Part shown: positions 1-8,276 of the stretch, one piece after another
Layout of the letters: the number at the start of each line of letters is the position of its first letter
Position numbering within the stretch: the first letter of the stretch is position 1
DNA from: Candidatus Pacearchaeota archaeon
Lineage (GTDB): Archaea > Nanobdellota > Nanobdellia > Pacearchaeales > GW2011-AR1
Length of the DNA stretch: 64,000 nucleotides
NCBI GenBank assembly: GCA_023139205.1
Contig: JAGLOA010000001.1
Coordinates: forward strand, 906-64,905
Direction of reading: 5' to 3'
Notes under the pieces: model-generated
Told to the model about the DNA's origin: nothing
The model's input: only the letters and a program-made list of their open reading frames with translations
Databases searched by the model: none
Made by a program: the position numbers and the translations under genes

Positions 1-635
1 GAAATAAAAATTCTGCTTTTTTTATAACAACTTTTTCATCACATATTGCAAGATTAAAAAGCATAGTGGACTTTGGTCAAAAAACAGGAAGAGAAATAAT
101 TTTTATGGGAAGAAGCATGAATAAATATCTAAATGCTGCTAAAAAAGCAGGACAATGTCCTTTTTTTAATAAAATAATCTTATTAAAATACCGAAGACAA
201 ATTGATTCATTCTTAAAGAGAGTGGACAAAAATAGAGGAAGATATTTAATTGTTTGTACAGGACATCAGGGAGAGCCAGGTTCAATTTTAGATAGAATTG
301 CTGACGGAGCAACTCCTTTTAAATTTCATAAAGGAGATAATCTTGTTTTCTCTTCTTCAATAATCCCTGTTACAGCAAATATTAATGCAAGAGATAAATT
401 AGATAAAAAATTAAGAAAACAAGGAGTAAGATTGCAAACAGATATTCATGTTTCAGGTCATGCTGGAAGAGAAGACTTAAGAGACTTAATAGAAATGTTA
501 AAACCAAAACAAATTTTTCCTTCTCATGGAAATTTAGAAGATGTTGTTGCAATGGTTGATCTAGCCAAAGAAATGGGGTATAAATTCCATGAAAATGTTC
601 ACTTGTCTTCAAATGGAAAATTGATTAAAGTATAA
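1..635 (+). CDS. beta-CASP / metallo-beta-lactamase RNA-processing nuclease (RNase J or aCPSF2-like), C-terminal part; N-terminus upstream of window
   Basis: Reading frame of ORF 66..635 is open back to position 1 (no stop), so the gene is truncated by the window edge. Contains beta-CASP motif C-like HVSGHAGREDL. Confidence 0.6.
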   Translation, partial: NKNSAFFITTFSSHIARLKSIVDFGQKTGREIIFMGRSMNKYLNAAKKAGQCPFFNKIILLKYRRQIDSFLKRVDKNRGRYLIVCTGHQGEPGSILDRIADGATPFKFHKGDNLVFSSSIIPVTANINARDKLDKKLRKQGVRLQTDIHVSGHAGREDLRDLIEMLKPKQIFPSHGNLEDVVAMVDLAKEMGYKFHENVHLSSNGKLIKV

Positions 636-682
636 AAATATTCTTTTAGAAAACTTTTTAAGTATGTACTCTCCACAAAGTT

Positions 683-1240
683 ATGGCTTGGAAAAGAAAA
701 AACAAAGAATTTCTTTTTGATTTTAAAGAAAGCATTTTTGTAAATGAAAGAATTTTAGAGAAATATTTACTAAAAGGTAAATTAAAAGATTATAACGAAT
801 CTTTTCTTGTTGTATGTGATAAAGATAAAGAAGGAAATAAATTATCCTATAATTTTTCTTTGGATAAGATAGGCAAAATAATTCAAAGTCAACAAATTGG
901 AGGTAAAAGAAAAGGGTTAGATTTTTATTTATTTGAAAATCCTTTTGAGGAATTACTTTTGAAAAGCCAGTGGTTTGCAAGATTTAATTATTATGATCCT
1001 ATTTCAATTGTTTCAAAAGATAAAATAAGATATCTTTTAAGAATGCCTCACCAAAAAAGCACTTTTGGAAAAGATGGGTTTATTGTTCATAATTCTTATC
1101 TTAAAGAAATTTTTCGGGGAGGTCCTTTCCAAACAGATAAATTGTCTCAAGACAAGGTTCTAATTTCAGAGGTTAGTTCTAAAAAATTAGATGAAATAAT
1201 TAGAAATGTTTACAAGGAAAGGATTATCGAACAATCCTAA
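683..1240 (+). CDS. hypothetical protein
   Basis: 185-aa ORF, AT-rich third positions, no recognisable motif. Confidence 0.4.
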   Translation: MAWKRKNKEFLFDFKESIFVNERILEKYLLKGKLKDYNESFLVVCDKDKEGNKLSYNFSLDKIGKIIQSQQIGGKRKGLDFYLFENPFEELLLKSQWFARFNYYDPISIVSKDKIRYLLRMPHQKSTFGKDGFIVHNSYLKEIFRGGPFQTDKLSQDKVLISEVSSKKLDEIIRNVYKERIIEQS

Positions 1241-1409
1241 AAAAAAACCATATACCCTCAAATAAAATATTTATTAATATGAGGGATAAAATAGATACTA
1301 TGTTATTTAACTTCTTTGTAATTTGCTTTCCTCTCCTATAAAGATTAATCCGAAGATTAGAATAATGTAAGACAATAAACTTTATATTCTCTTTAAATTC
1401 TTTTTTGAC

Positions 1410-1751
1410 ATGGAATATGAAACCCCTAATAATTTTGATTCATTAATTATAGAAGAATTACAAAAAGAAAAATATGTTGGCGAAGAGACAATCTATGGAA
1501 ATCTTGCTAAGACATTAAGAGAGGAATGCACTCCTAGTTTTATTGAGCCTATTAAAAAAGATTTAGATTTTCTAACAGAACAAGGAACAATTGCTAGATA
1601 TAGTTTAGATCATTCAAGGAATTCTAATGCAGCTTTTATTGATTTTTTGTGTGATGAATTAATATACCATTTGCCTAAAAAGATAGCTAAATTAACTAAA
1701 GAGAACGCATATGCTAGGGAGACACCCCATTCATTATTAAGAACAGCTTAG
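1410..1751 (+). CDS. hypothetical protein
   Basis: 113-aa ORF preceded by AT-rich promoter-like spacer; no motif recognised. Confidence 0.35.
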   Translation: MEYETPNNFDSLIIEELQKEKYVGEETIYGNLAKTLREECTPSFIEPIKKDLDFLTEQGTIARYSLDHSRNSNAAFIDFLCDELIYHLPKKIAKLTKENAYARETPHSLLRTA

Positions 1752-1830
1752 ACACTTAATAACAATTCTTAATATTAGATTACTTTTTCTAAACCCCATA
1801 ATTTTTAAATAAAATATTCCTTAATATTAA

Positions 1831-2295
1831 ATGGTGAATCAAGAAATTCTTGGAGGATTGGAACTGGCGATTGCTAAAGGAGAATCTTTAAAACAGGCTA
1901 TGATGAGTTTTTTTAATGCAGGTTATAAAAGAGGAGAAATAGAAGAAGCTGCAAGAGCCTTTCAAATAAAGCAAAGAGAATTAAGAGAAGTTCTTGATGA
2001 AAAAAATAAAAAGTCAAAAAAGAAAATAAAAAAGTCCAAAAAAATTAAACCAGTGAAGAAAAAAAATGTTAGGTATGTCCAAAAAGTTTCAAATTACGAA
2101 GCCCCAAAACCAATGAAAAAACCCTTGGAGAAAAAAGGAAAACAAAAAATTTCTAATTATGGAGAAAAACCAAAATTAGTAGGAAAAATTTTGACTTTTA
2201 TATTCATCTTTCTTTTATTCATCTTGCTGGGAGTTTTAGCAAGTGTTTTTTTCTTTAAACAAGAATTAATTGATTTTTTTAATAAATTTGTTTAA
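1831..2295 (+). CDS. hypothetical lysine-rich protein with C-terminal transmembrane helix
   Basis: 154 aa; K-rich centre (KKSKKKIKKSKKIKPVKKK), hydrophobic C-terminus ILTFIFIFLLFILLGVLASVFFF. Confidence 0.4.
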   Translation: MVNQEILGGLELAIAKGESLKQAMMSFFNAGYKRGEIEEAARAFQIKQRELREVLDEKNKKSKKKIKKSKKIKPVKKKNVRYVQKVSNYEAPKPMKKPLEKKGKQKISNYGEKPKLVGKILTFIFIFLLFILLGVLASVFFFKQELIDFFNKFV

Positions 2296-2998
2296 AATGC
2301 TGGAAATCTACAATCCAGAACAAGATTCTTTTCTTTTATCAAAAGTTCTTTTAAAACAAATCCCAAAACTTTTGAAGAAAAATAAAAATTTAACTTTTTT
2401 GGAAATAGGATGTGGAAGTGGAATTCAGCTTCAAACAGCTTTAGAATTAGGAATAAAAAAACAAAATATTTTTTCCTGTGATATAAATCCAAAAGCAGTA
2501 AAACATTGCAAGAAACTTAGATTTCATTGTGTAAAGTCAGATTTATTTGAAAAAATTGGTGATAGGGGGTATCAGTCGGAGGCAATGAAAAGATACCTCC
2601 CTTCCACGCTTCGAGGAAGGAGCGAGGTTATCGAGTTGCGAGAAAAATCGCGAAATCGACAACGTCAACTCGGTGGCCGAGTTGGGAGGAAAATCAAGGG
2701 GTTTCCTCGCAAATATAATTTAATTATTTTTAATCCTCCTTATTTGCCTGAAGATAAAAGAGAGCCAAAAAATTCTTGTTTAGCAACAACAGGAGGAAAA
2801 AAAGGAAATGAAATTATCTTAAGATTTTTAAAACAAGCAAAAAAATATCTTGAAGAAGATGGGAAAATTTTTCTTATAACTTCTTCTCTTTCAGAAAAAA
2901 TTGATTTTGAAAAGTTGGGATACAAGGAAAAAGAAATTGGATGCGAGAAATTATTTTTTGAAAGGTTGTGTGTTTGGGAGATAAAATTATTTAAATGA
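2270..2998 (+). CDS. HemK/Mtq2-family protein N5-glutamine methyltransferase carrying an in-frame 150-nt GC-rich insertion
   Basis: Motif I LEIGCGSGIQ and catalytic NPPY (LIIFNPPYLP). Canonical spacing SDLFEKIG..KYNLIIFNPPY is interrupted by a 50-aa hydrophilic insert (DRGYQSEAMKRYLPSTLRGRSEVIELREKSRNRQRQLGGRVGRKIKGFPR) encoded by the GC-rich element at 2561-2710. Confidence 0.7.
   Translation: MIFLINLFKMLEIYNPEQDSFLLSKVLLKQIPKLLKKNKNLTFLEIGCGSGIQLQTALELGIKKQNIFSCDINPKAVKHCKKLRFHCVKSDLFEKIGDRGYQSEAMKRYLPSTLRGRSEVIELREKSRNRQRQLGGRVGRKIKGFPRKYNLIIFNPPYLPEDKREPKNSCLATTGGKKGNEIILRFLKQAKKYLEEDGKIFLITSSLSEKIDFEKLGYKEKEIGCEKLFFERLCVWEIKLFK
2561..2710 (+). repeat. GC-rich hairpin element, copy A (family with 8398-8480 and 17656-17759), inserted in frame in the methyltransferase CDS
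   Basis: Stem GGGGGUAUC/GAUACCUCC enclosing loop with invariant UCGGAGGCAAU; also shares GAGGAAAATCAAGGGGTT with copy C; exactly 150 nt (3n), no stop. Confidence 0.6.
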
Positions 2999-3016
2999 AT
3001 TTGTTTCTTTACTTAA

Positions 3017-3850
3017 ATGAACAAGAAAAACAATCTCCCCTATTCATTAAATTGGTTAGATTTGAATTGGGAAAAGAAAAAATACAAAAATATTTGGGTG
3101 TTAACTTTGTCAAACCAGACTGAAGATTATTATGATCTGGTTACAAATTATGGGAATTTATTTTCAGAAATCTTTTTAGAAATTAAAAAATTAAATCTCT
3201 TCGCTTCAACACCTCGCATTAATGTAGCTTTATTTCCTAGTGAGATCTTTGCAGAAAAAACCAAAATACCTTTTTCTTGGGGAATCGGGTGTGTGCGTTC
3301 AACAAATGGAAAATTCTCGGATACTTTATGTTATAAATATATTCCAAGTAGAAAAATCCCTACTTTTAATAGATCAACCCTCGAAGGAAAACGTGGAAAT
3401 ATCCATGAAGTAGTTCACCTTTTCTTTGCCAAACAAATTCCATTTAGTACTAGGGCAATAAATGAGGGTTTTGCTGAATTTGTTCCAAGAATTCTTTTTA
3501 ATCTTCAGAAAGGTTTAACTGAATCAACTAATTATTTTAATTCATTAACAGAAAAAGATATTGTAACTTTTGGAGAAATTGACACTAAAGGATTAGCATA
3601 TTTCTCATCAGAATTGATTGGTAAAAATAAAGCATATGCCTCAGCGTTCCTAGGGATTTTATGGCTAGTAGATGCTTTTTGTGGGAAAAATAAAAATTAT
3701 TTTACTGGAGCAAAGAAACTAATTAAGATTTTATCAGACTGCAAAAATGCAGAAGAATGTTATGAAAGCATTTACAAAAAAACAAAAGTGGATTTAAGAA
3801 ATTCAAAAGCTCCAATCTTAGAAGGTATAAACTTGCTAAAAACCAAATAA
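3017..3850 (+). CDS. HExxH zinc-metallopeptidase-like protein (paralogue of 31547..32287 and 34470..35165)
   Basis: HEVVH followed by NEGFAEF (HExxH...NEGxAx[FY] signature shared by three ORFs in this window). Confidence 0.5.
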   Translation: MNKKNNLPYSLNWLDLNWEKKKYKNIWVLTLSNQTEDYYDLVTNYGNLFSEIFLEIKKLNLFASTPRINVALFPSEIFAEKTKIPFSWGIGCVRSTNGKFSDTLCYKYIPSRKIPTFNRSTLEGKRGNIHEVVHLFFAKQIPFSTRAINEGFAEFVPRILFNLQKGLTESTNYFNSLTEKDIVTFGEIDTKGLAYFSSELIGKNKAYASAFLGILWLVDAFCGKNKNYFTGAKKLIKILSDCKNAEECYESIYKKTKVDLRNSKAPILEGINLLKTK

Positions 3851-3922
3851 AATTTTTGGGCTACAAAAAGAAATTATTTTTTGAAAAATTATATGTTTGG
3901 GAGATAAAACTTAAATAGGATT

Positions 3923-4210
3923 TTATTGCCTAATCAATAATCCAGTTAAATCATTAATATGGTATCTACTCTTAACCTTTTCATTTTTTTTGTTTAACCA
4001 TTCTACCCAATATAGCTCATAATTGCTATCTTTTAATAAACCTTTTTTATAAACATCTCCACAATGGTCATCTTGAAAGAGAATCACTCTCTTTTGAAAA
4101 GAATGAACTATCTTTGCCTTTTTCTTTTCATTAGAAGGCAATTTTACTTGGACATAACTTTCAGACGGAACTCCATCCAAATTAGATAGTAGTGTATCTG
4201 TAACAGACAT
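3923..4210 (-). CDS. hypothetical protein
   Basis: 95-aa ORF, no motif recognised. Confidence 0.3.
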   Translation of the reverse strand: MSVTDTLLSNLDGVPSESYVQVKLPSNEKKKAKIVHSFQKRVILFQDDHCGDVYKKGLLKDSNYELYWVEWLNKKNEKVKSRYHINDLTGLLIRQ

Positions 4211-4261
4211 AAATATTCACAATCTTTTTTGTTTATAAGTTTAATTATTCAAATTAATCTA

Positions 4262-5269
4262 TTATCTCCTAATATCTTTCCAACTTTTCTTTTTGTTTTT
4301 GAGATTTTCTAATTGTTCAAATTGTTCTTCAAAAACAGGTTTTTGTGTTTGATAAAAAATTCCTAAAGGAATTTTCTTGCCCCTGTGTTCAGTGTTTTGG
4401 GGTACACCGAGCAGTGCAATTCCGTTATAATCAAATTCCTGAGCTCTTTTCCATGCCTGCTCAAAATTTGTTTTATCATGATTGACTTTATCTAAAGAAT
4501 ATACTTTTTTTCTATAAGAAGCATCTTGATGAAAAATTAAACAAGGTTGCAGAACTTCGATAAATGCAAAACCTTTATGCTTGAATGCTTCATTTAAAAC
4601 ATATTCAATTTGTTTTACATCTGCAAAAACCCTCGCAACAAAACTTGCACCAGAAGCAAGCATTAATTTTATTGGATTTAATGGATGAACTTTAACTCCT
4701 TGAGGTGTTGTCTTGTCTTTAAATCCTATTTCAGTTACAGGTGTTGGTTGCCCCACTGTTAAAGCAAAAACCTGATTATTATGAACAAGATATTTGAAAT
4801 CAGAATTATATCTTGCAGCATGAATTAAATGCTCCATACCTTCTGCATAAGCATCTCCATCCCCAGAAAATCCTAAAACACTTAAATTAGGATTCCCAAT
4901 TTTCAAACCCAAACACGTCGGCAAAACTCTACCATGTAAGCTATTAATCCCGTTTAAATTTATATAATCAAAAAGTTTAGCATGACAACCTATTCCAGTA
5001 ACAATTGCAAAATCATCTTTATTTTTCCCTTTTTTTATTTGATCTTCAATTACTTTTTTCACACCAGCAAGTATTTGAAAATTATAACATCCAGGACACC
5101 AGGTATTTTTTGTTTTTGTTGATATGTTTGTCATTTTAATGTCTATTATAACCTCCTTTCTTTTCATATTCTTTGTGAGATTCATAAACTTCCAGAACAA
5201 TTTGTAATATTTCATATTCATTATTAGCAGTATTTGTATATAATGCTCGTGCTTCTTTTGATATATCAA
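4262..5269 (-). CDS. 2-oxoacid:ferredoxin oxidoreductase beta subunit (TPP-binding, PorB/KorB-like); true start probably near 5134-5167
   Basis: N-terminal TKNTWCPGCYNF (WCPGCG motif of PorB/KorB), TPP-binding GDGD-like region. The track start at 5269 overlaps the next ORF by 134 nt, so the real start is probably an internal Met (MKRKEV.. or MTNISTK..). Confidence 0.7.
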   Translation of the reverse strand: MIYQKKHEHYIQILLIMNMKYYKLFWKFMNLTKNMKRKEVIIDIKMTNISTKTKNTWCPGCYNFQILAGVKKVIEDQIKKGKNKDDFAIVTGIGCHAKLFDYINLNGINSLHGRVLPTCLGLKIGNPNLSVLGFSGDGDAYAEGMEHLIHAARYNSDFKYLVHNNQVFALTVGQPTPVTEIGFKDKTTPQGVKVHPLNPIKLMLASGASFVARVFADVKQIEYVLNEAFKHKGFAFIEVLQPCLIFHQDASYRKKVYSLDKVNHDKTNFEQAWKRAQEFDYNGIALLGVPQNTEHRGKKIPLGIFYQTQKPVFEEQFEQLENLKNKKKSWKDIRR

Positions 5270-5492
5270 TAAGAAATAAATTTGTTATCCCATATTTCTT
5301 TTCAAAATATTTGTAAATTGGAAGTTTTTTTGAAATTGGAGCCCCACTTCTTTTTTGCTTCAAAAAATCAGTTGCTTTGTTTATTAACTGATATAAATTT
5401 TCATTTGTTTTATTCTCTTGAGAAAATTCTTTTTCAATTTTAAGTTTTAATTCAAATAACTCTTTACTTAATTTAGGAACAAAAATTTTCAT
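5136..5492 (-). CDS. RelE/ParE-superfamily toxin-like protein (candidate)
   Basis: C-terminal region GITNLFLIDISKEARALYTNTANNEYEILQIVLEVYESHKEY resembles the RelE/YoeB/HigB core; 4-nt overlap with the upstream small ORF suggests coupling. Confidence 0.3.
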   Translation of the reverse strand: MKIFVPKLSKELFELKLKIEKEFSQENKTNENLYQLINKATDFLKQKRSGAPISKKLPIYKYFEKKYGITNLFLIDISKEARALYTNTANNEYEILQIVLEVYESHKEYEKKGGYNRH

Positions 5493-5764
5493 ACTGCTAC
5501 TGCTCCTTGAATTAATTCATTTAGTTTTTTATTATTCGCAAAAATCCAAATTATTTTATCTCCTTCGAACATAATTTTATTTGATCTTTCAAGATAATCT
5601 AAAATTAATTTAAAAGTTTGATATTGTATTTGTTTTGGCAGACTTTTCCACAACTCCATTCTTGTAGGATAATCATCACAATTTTGAATTGCATTTTCTA
5701 CCCTTAAAATAGAATCCAATTTTGGAAAATGCAAAATATTCATTTTTTTGATTGTTTTTACCAT
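5489..5764 (-). CDS. small protein, possible antitoxin partner of 5136..5492
   Basis: 91 aa, overlaps downstream ORF start by 4 nt (ATGA-type coupling). Confidence 0.25.
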   Translation of the reverse strand: MVKTIKKMNILHFPKLDSILRVENAIQNCDDYPTRMELWKSLPKQIQYQTFKLILDYLERSNKIMFEGDKIIWIFANNKKLNELIQGAVAV

Positions 5765-5813
5765 TGTATAAGTTTATACAACTGATTATTTAAATGTTTT
5801 GTTGATATGTTTG

Positions 5814-6368
5814 TCATTTTATAAATTCTAAAATTTCAGGAATTTCTTTTACATCATTGAAATGTCCTTGCTTTTTTTTAATTAATGTTTTTGTTCCAAG
5901 TTGATTTTTAAAAATATCTAATTCAGATAAAGGAACCAGTTCATCATTGTCAGAAAAAATTGCCAGTATTTTATGGCTATGTCTTTGTATTCTGTCAAAA
6001 TTTATTTTGGAATTAATCCAGGGATGTGCAATTTCCATTTCTTTTTCATTAAGATTTATTAAATTAAGCCAACCAGCAACAAACACACATCCTCCAATTT
6101 CTTTATGCTTTGGCAATTTTTCTAAAAACCTCATAATTGTCTGGCATCCAATACTATGCCCCACAAAATAAGTTTCTTCATCTACATCCTCAAAAGGAAT
6201 TTTTTCTTCAAGGTATTTTACCCAAGCCTCAATTTTTGGATTTTCTGTATCTGGCATATCAAATGCATAAACTTCTGTTTCTTTTTTCTTTAATTCTTCT
6301 TTTAACCAATCAAACCAACCACCTTCAGAGCTTCCTCCCCATCCATGAATTAAATAAACTTTTTTCAT
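5814..6368 (-). CDS. alpha/beta-hydrolase fold serine hydrolase (YdeN/RBBP9-like esterase)
   Basis: LIHGWGGS oxyanion region and nucleophile elbow GHSIGC; 184 aa. Confidence 0.55.
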   Translation of the reverse strand: MKKVYLIHGWGGSSEGGWFDWLKEELKKKETEVYAFDMPDTENPKIEAWVKYLEEKIPFEDVDEETYFVGHSIGCQTIMRFLEKLPKHKEIGGCVFVAGWLNLINLNEKEMEIAHPWINSKINFDRIQRHSHKILAIFSDNDELVPLSELDIFKNQLGTKTLIKKKQGHFNDVKEIPEILEFIK

Positions 6369-7918
6369 TTCAACCTCCCCTCAATTTCCTTTTTCAACTC
6401 ATCAGCTAAAAATGGTCTACCATCATATCTTAAAATTTTATTCTCAATAAAAATCCCTGTTTTTTCTGTAATTAAACTTCCTAATTGTCCTGTTGAATTA
6501 TTTTCAACTAAAATCAAATTCTTGTTTTCCAATTCTTTTTTAATTTTTTCTGGAAATGGTTCAATATATTTAATTTGAATAAACTTGCAACCTGCTTGCA
6601 GGTCTTGTCCCTCCTTGGGATTCTCGCTTGTGCCTCTTTGGGTATGCCCTCCATGGGTATCTAAATCTTTAATTGCATCTATTATTGCCCCTTTTGTAGA
6701 ACCCCACGAAACAACAACATTTTTTGAATTCTCATCCCCATAAATTTCATACTGCTCAAACTTCTCAGCTTCTTTTTTAATTTCAAAACCTTTTTTCAAT
6801 CTTTTTTCAATATTCTTTTCAATTATCTCAGGGTCTTCTGTTGCACTTCCTTCAGAATCTGTTTCATAAGAATTATATCTCCCAAATAAAGTAGATTTTA
6901 GAACAGAAATTAATTTTGATTTTTTATTTATTGTATAAAAACTTTCACCTAAATGTTTGTCTGAGATAATAATTGAGGGAATTTTGTATTTTTGTGAAAA
7001 ATAAAAAGCTTGATTAGTTAATTCTTCTGCTTCTTTTGGATCTCCTGGTGCAAGTACAACTCTGGGAAATTCTCCATGTCCAGAATGCCTCGCAATATTC
7101 AAATCTCCTTGCCCAGTATAAGTTGCCACACCAGTTCCAGGTCCAGGTCTTTGCGATAAAAAAATCACTAAAGGAACTTCTGCAATCCCAGTTAAACTTA
7201 AACCCTCTGTCATTAAATCAAATCCTCCCCCTGAAGTCCCAATCATTGTTTTAGCCCCTGTAATAGCACTCCCAACAGCTGCATTAATCACAGCAATTTC
7301 ATTTTCTAATTCAAAAACAAAAAAATTGTTTTCAATTTGCTTTTCAGCTAATTCCATTAACACAGAAGTGGCAGGAGTCATAGGATAAGCAAGATAAACA
7401 TCTAATCCAGATTTAATTGCCCCGTCTGAAATTCCCTGATTCCCATTTAAGAAAAATTTGTTTTGTCTTAACTTTAAAACTTTACAAACATTTCTTGTTT
7501 CTTCTTTATATCCTTGTTTAGCATATTTTATATTTTCCTCAAATCTATCACTAATTTCAAATAATTGTTTTTCTAACAACAAAAAATCCAAGCCAAGCAA
7601 CTTAAAAATTCCTCCGGCATAATACATATTTTCTTTATGGCCTTTCAAAATAACTCCTTTTTTGTTTAATTTATTTTCATGCAATTTTTCAGTATTTTCA
7701 TCTAAACAAACTAAAATATCTATTTTAGAATCATTACTATAAACAGGTTTATCTGAAAAAGTAAGAACATTAAAATTATGCCCCCCTCTAATCAAAGATT
7801 GATAATCTCTGGAATAAAAAACATAATTTCCCTGCCCAACTAATGCCTTCCCCAATATATTTGTCAAAATATTTGGACCACTTCCTGCAGGGCCTCCAAA
7901 AAGAATATTTAATCTCAT
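6365..7918 (-). CDS. 2-oxoacid:ferredoxin oxidoreductase fused gamma-alpha subunit (KorA/PorA-like)
   Basis: N-terminal gamma-like ILFGGPAGSGPNILTNILGKALVGQG; central YPMTPATS (alpha-subunit YPITP motif), GIAEVPLVIF; adjacent to the beta subunit. GC-rich patch 6589-6670 encodes a hydrophilic insert (DTHGGHTQRGTSENPKEGQDLQAGC). Confidence 0.65.
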   Translation of the reverse strand: MRLNILFGGPAGSGPNILTNILGKALVGQGNYVFYSRDYQSLIRGGHNFNVLTFSDKPVYSNDSKIDILVCLDENTEKLHENKLNKKGVILKGHKENMYYAGGIFKLLGLDFLLLEKQLFEISDRFEENIKYAKQGYKEETRNVCKVLKLRQNKFFLNGNQGISDGAIKSGLDVYLAYPMTPATSVLMELAEKQIENNFFVFELENEIAVINAAVGSAITGAKTMIGTSGGGFDLMTEGLSLTGIAEVPLVIFLSQRPGPGTGVATYTGQGDLNIARHSGHGEFPRVVLAPGDPKEAEELTNQAFYFSQKYKIPSIIISDKHLGESFYTINKKSKLISVLKSTLFGRYNSYETDSEGSATEDPEIIEKNIEKRLKKGFEIKKEAEKFEQYEIYGDENSKNVVVSWGSTKGAIIDAIKDLDTHGGHTQRGTSENPKEGQDLQAGCKFIQIKYIEPFPEKIKKELENKNLILVENNSTGQLGSLITEKTGIFIENKILRYDGRPFLADELKKEIEGRLK

Positions 7919-7919
7919 T

Positions 7920-8276
7920 TTATAAAAAGTTAAAAGGAATTTTTAAAATTAATGGAACTAAAACCAAGATATGAAGTATTTGATCTTGCACCATTATTAA
8001 CCATTGAATTTTATTTTTCTCTCCCTTAATTTTTTTATTCCACCAATTAACGAATTTATAGTCATCTATAAAAAAATGAGTAACAAAAATCCAGATAAGC
8101 CAGAATAAATTTATCTTTATTAAATATAAAACTGGAATAAACAAAATTGTATATTGCAGGGAATGAAAAAACCTAGGTTTGGCATTTGTTATTTTACTAA
8201 CTGCCCATTTTGCTGGCTGAAAAAACCAGTCACTAACAAAATGCGTTATTATCAAAATAAGTAATTCTTCACCCAT
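7920..8276 (-). CDS. small integral membrane protein
   Basis: 118 aa, 3-4 hydrophobic helices. Confidence 0.35.
   Translation of the reverse strand: MGEELLILIITHFVSDWFFQPAKWAVSKITNAKPRFFHSLQYTILFIPVLYLIKINLFWLIWIFVTHFFIDDYKFVNWWNKKIKGEKNKIQWLIMVQDQILHILVLVPLILKIPFNFL

Noticed and set aside
382-612. Short antisense ORFs nested in annotated genes throughout the window (e.g. 382..612, 723..980, 2292..2492, 2740..2925, 5947..6171, 6137..6409, 7036..7254, 8953..9219, 9681..9989, 10068..10256, 12052..12285, 13089..13313, 14132..14353, 14478..14690, 15087..15347, 19333..19515, 21392..21589, 22124..22423, 23692..24018, 25139..25483, 26028..26297, 26880..27209, 27473..27688, 28362..28559, 29150..29458, 31228..31413, 35555..35920, 35895..36098, 37076..37312, 37450..37632, 38966..39223, 41860..42042, 43652..43855, 45901..46110, 46985..47272, 47470..47652, 47851..48039, 48160..48453, 54094..54333, 56392..56601, 58642..58890, 59082..59297, 61652..61834, 63441..63674)
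   Set aside because: All lie inside longer ORFs with recognisable domains on the opposite strand and have low-complexity, stop-poor AT-rich translations (F/L/I/K-rich); they are expected artefacts in a 30% GC genome.
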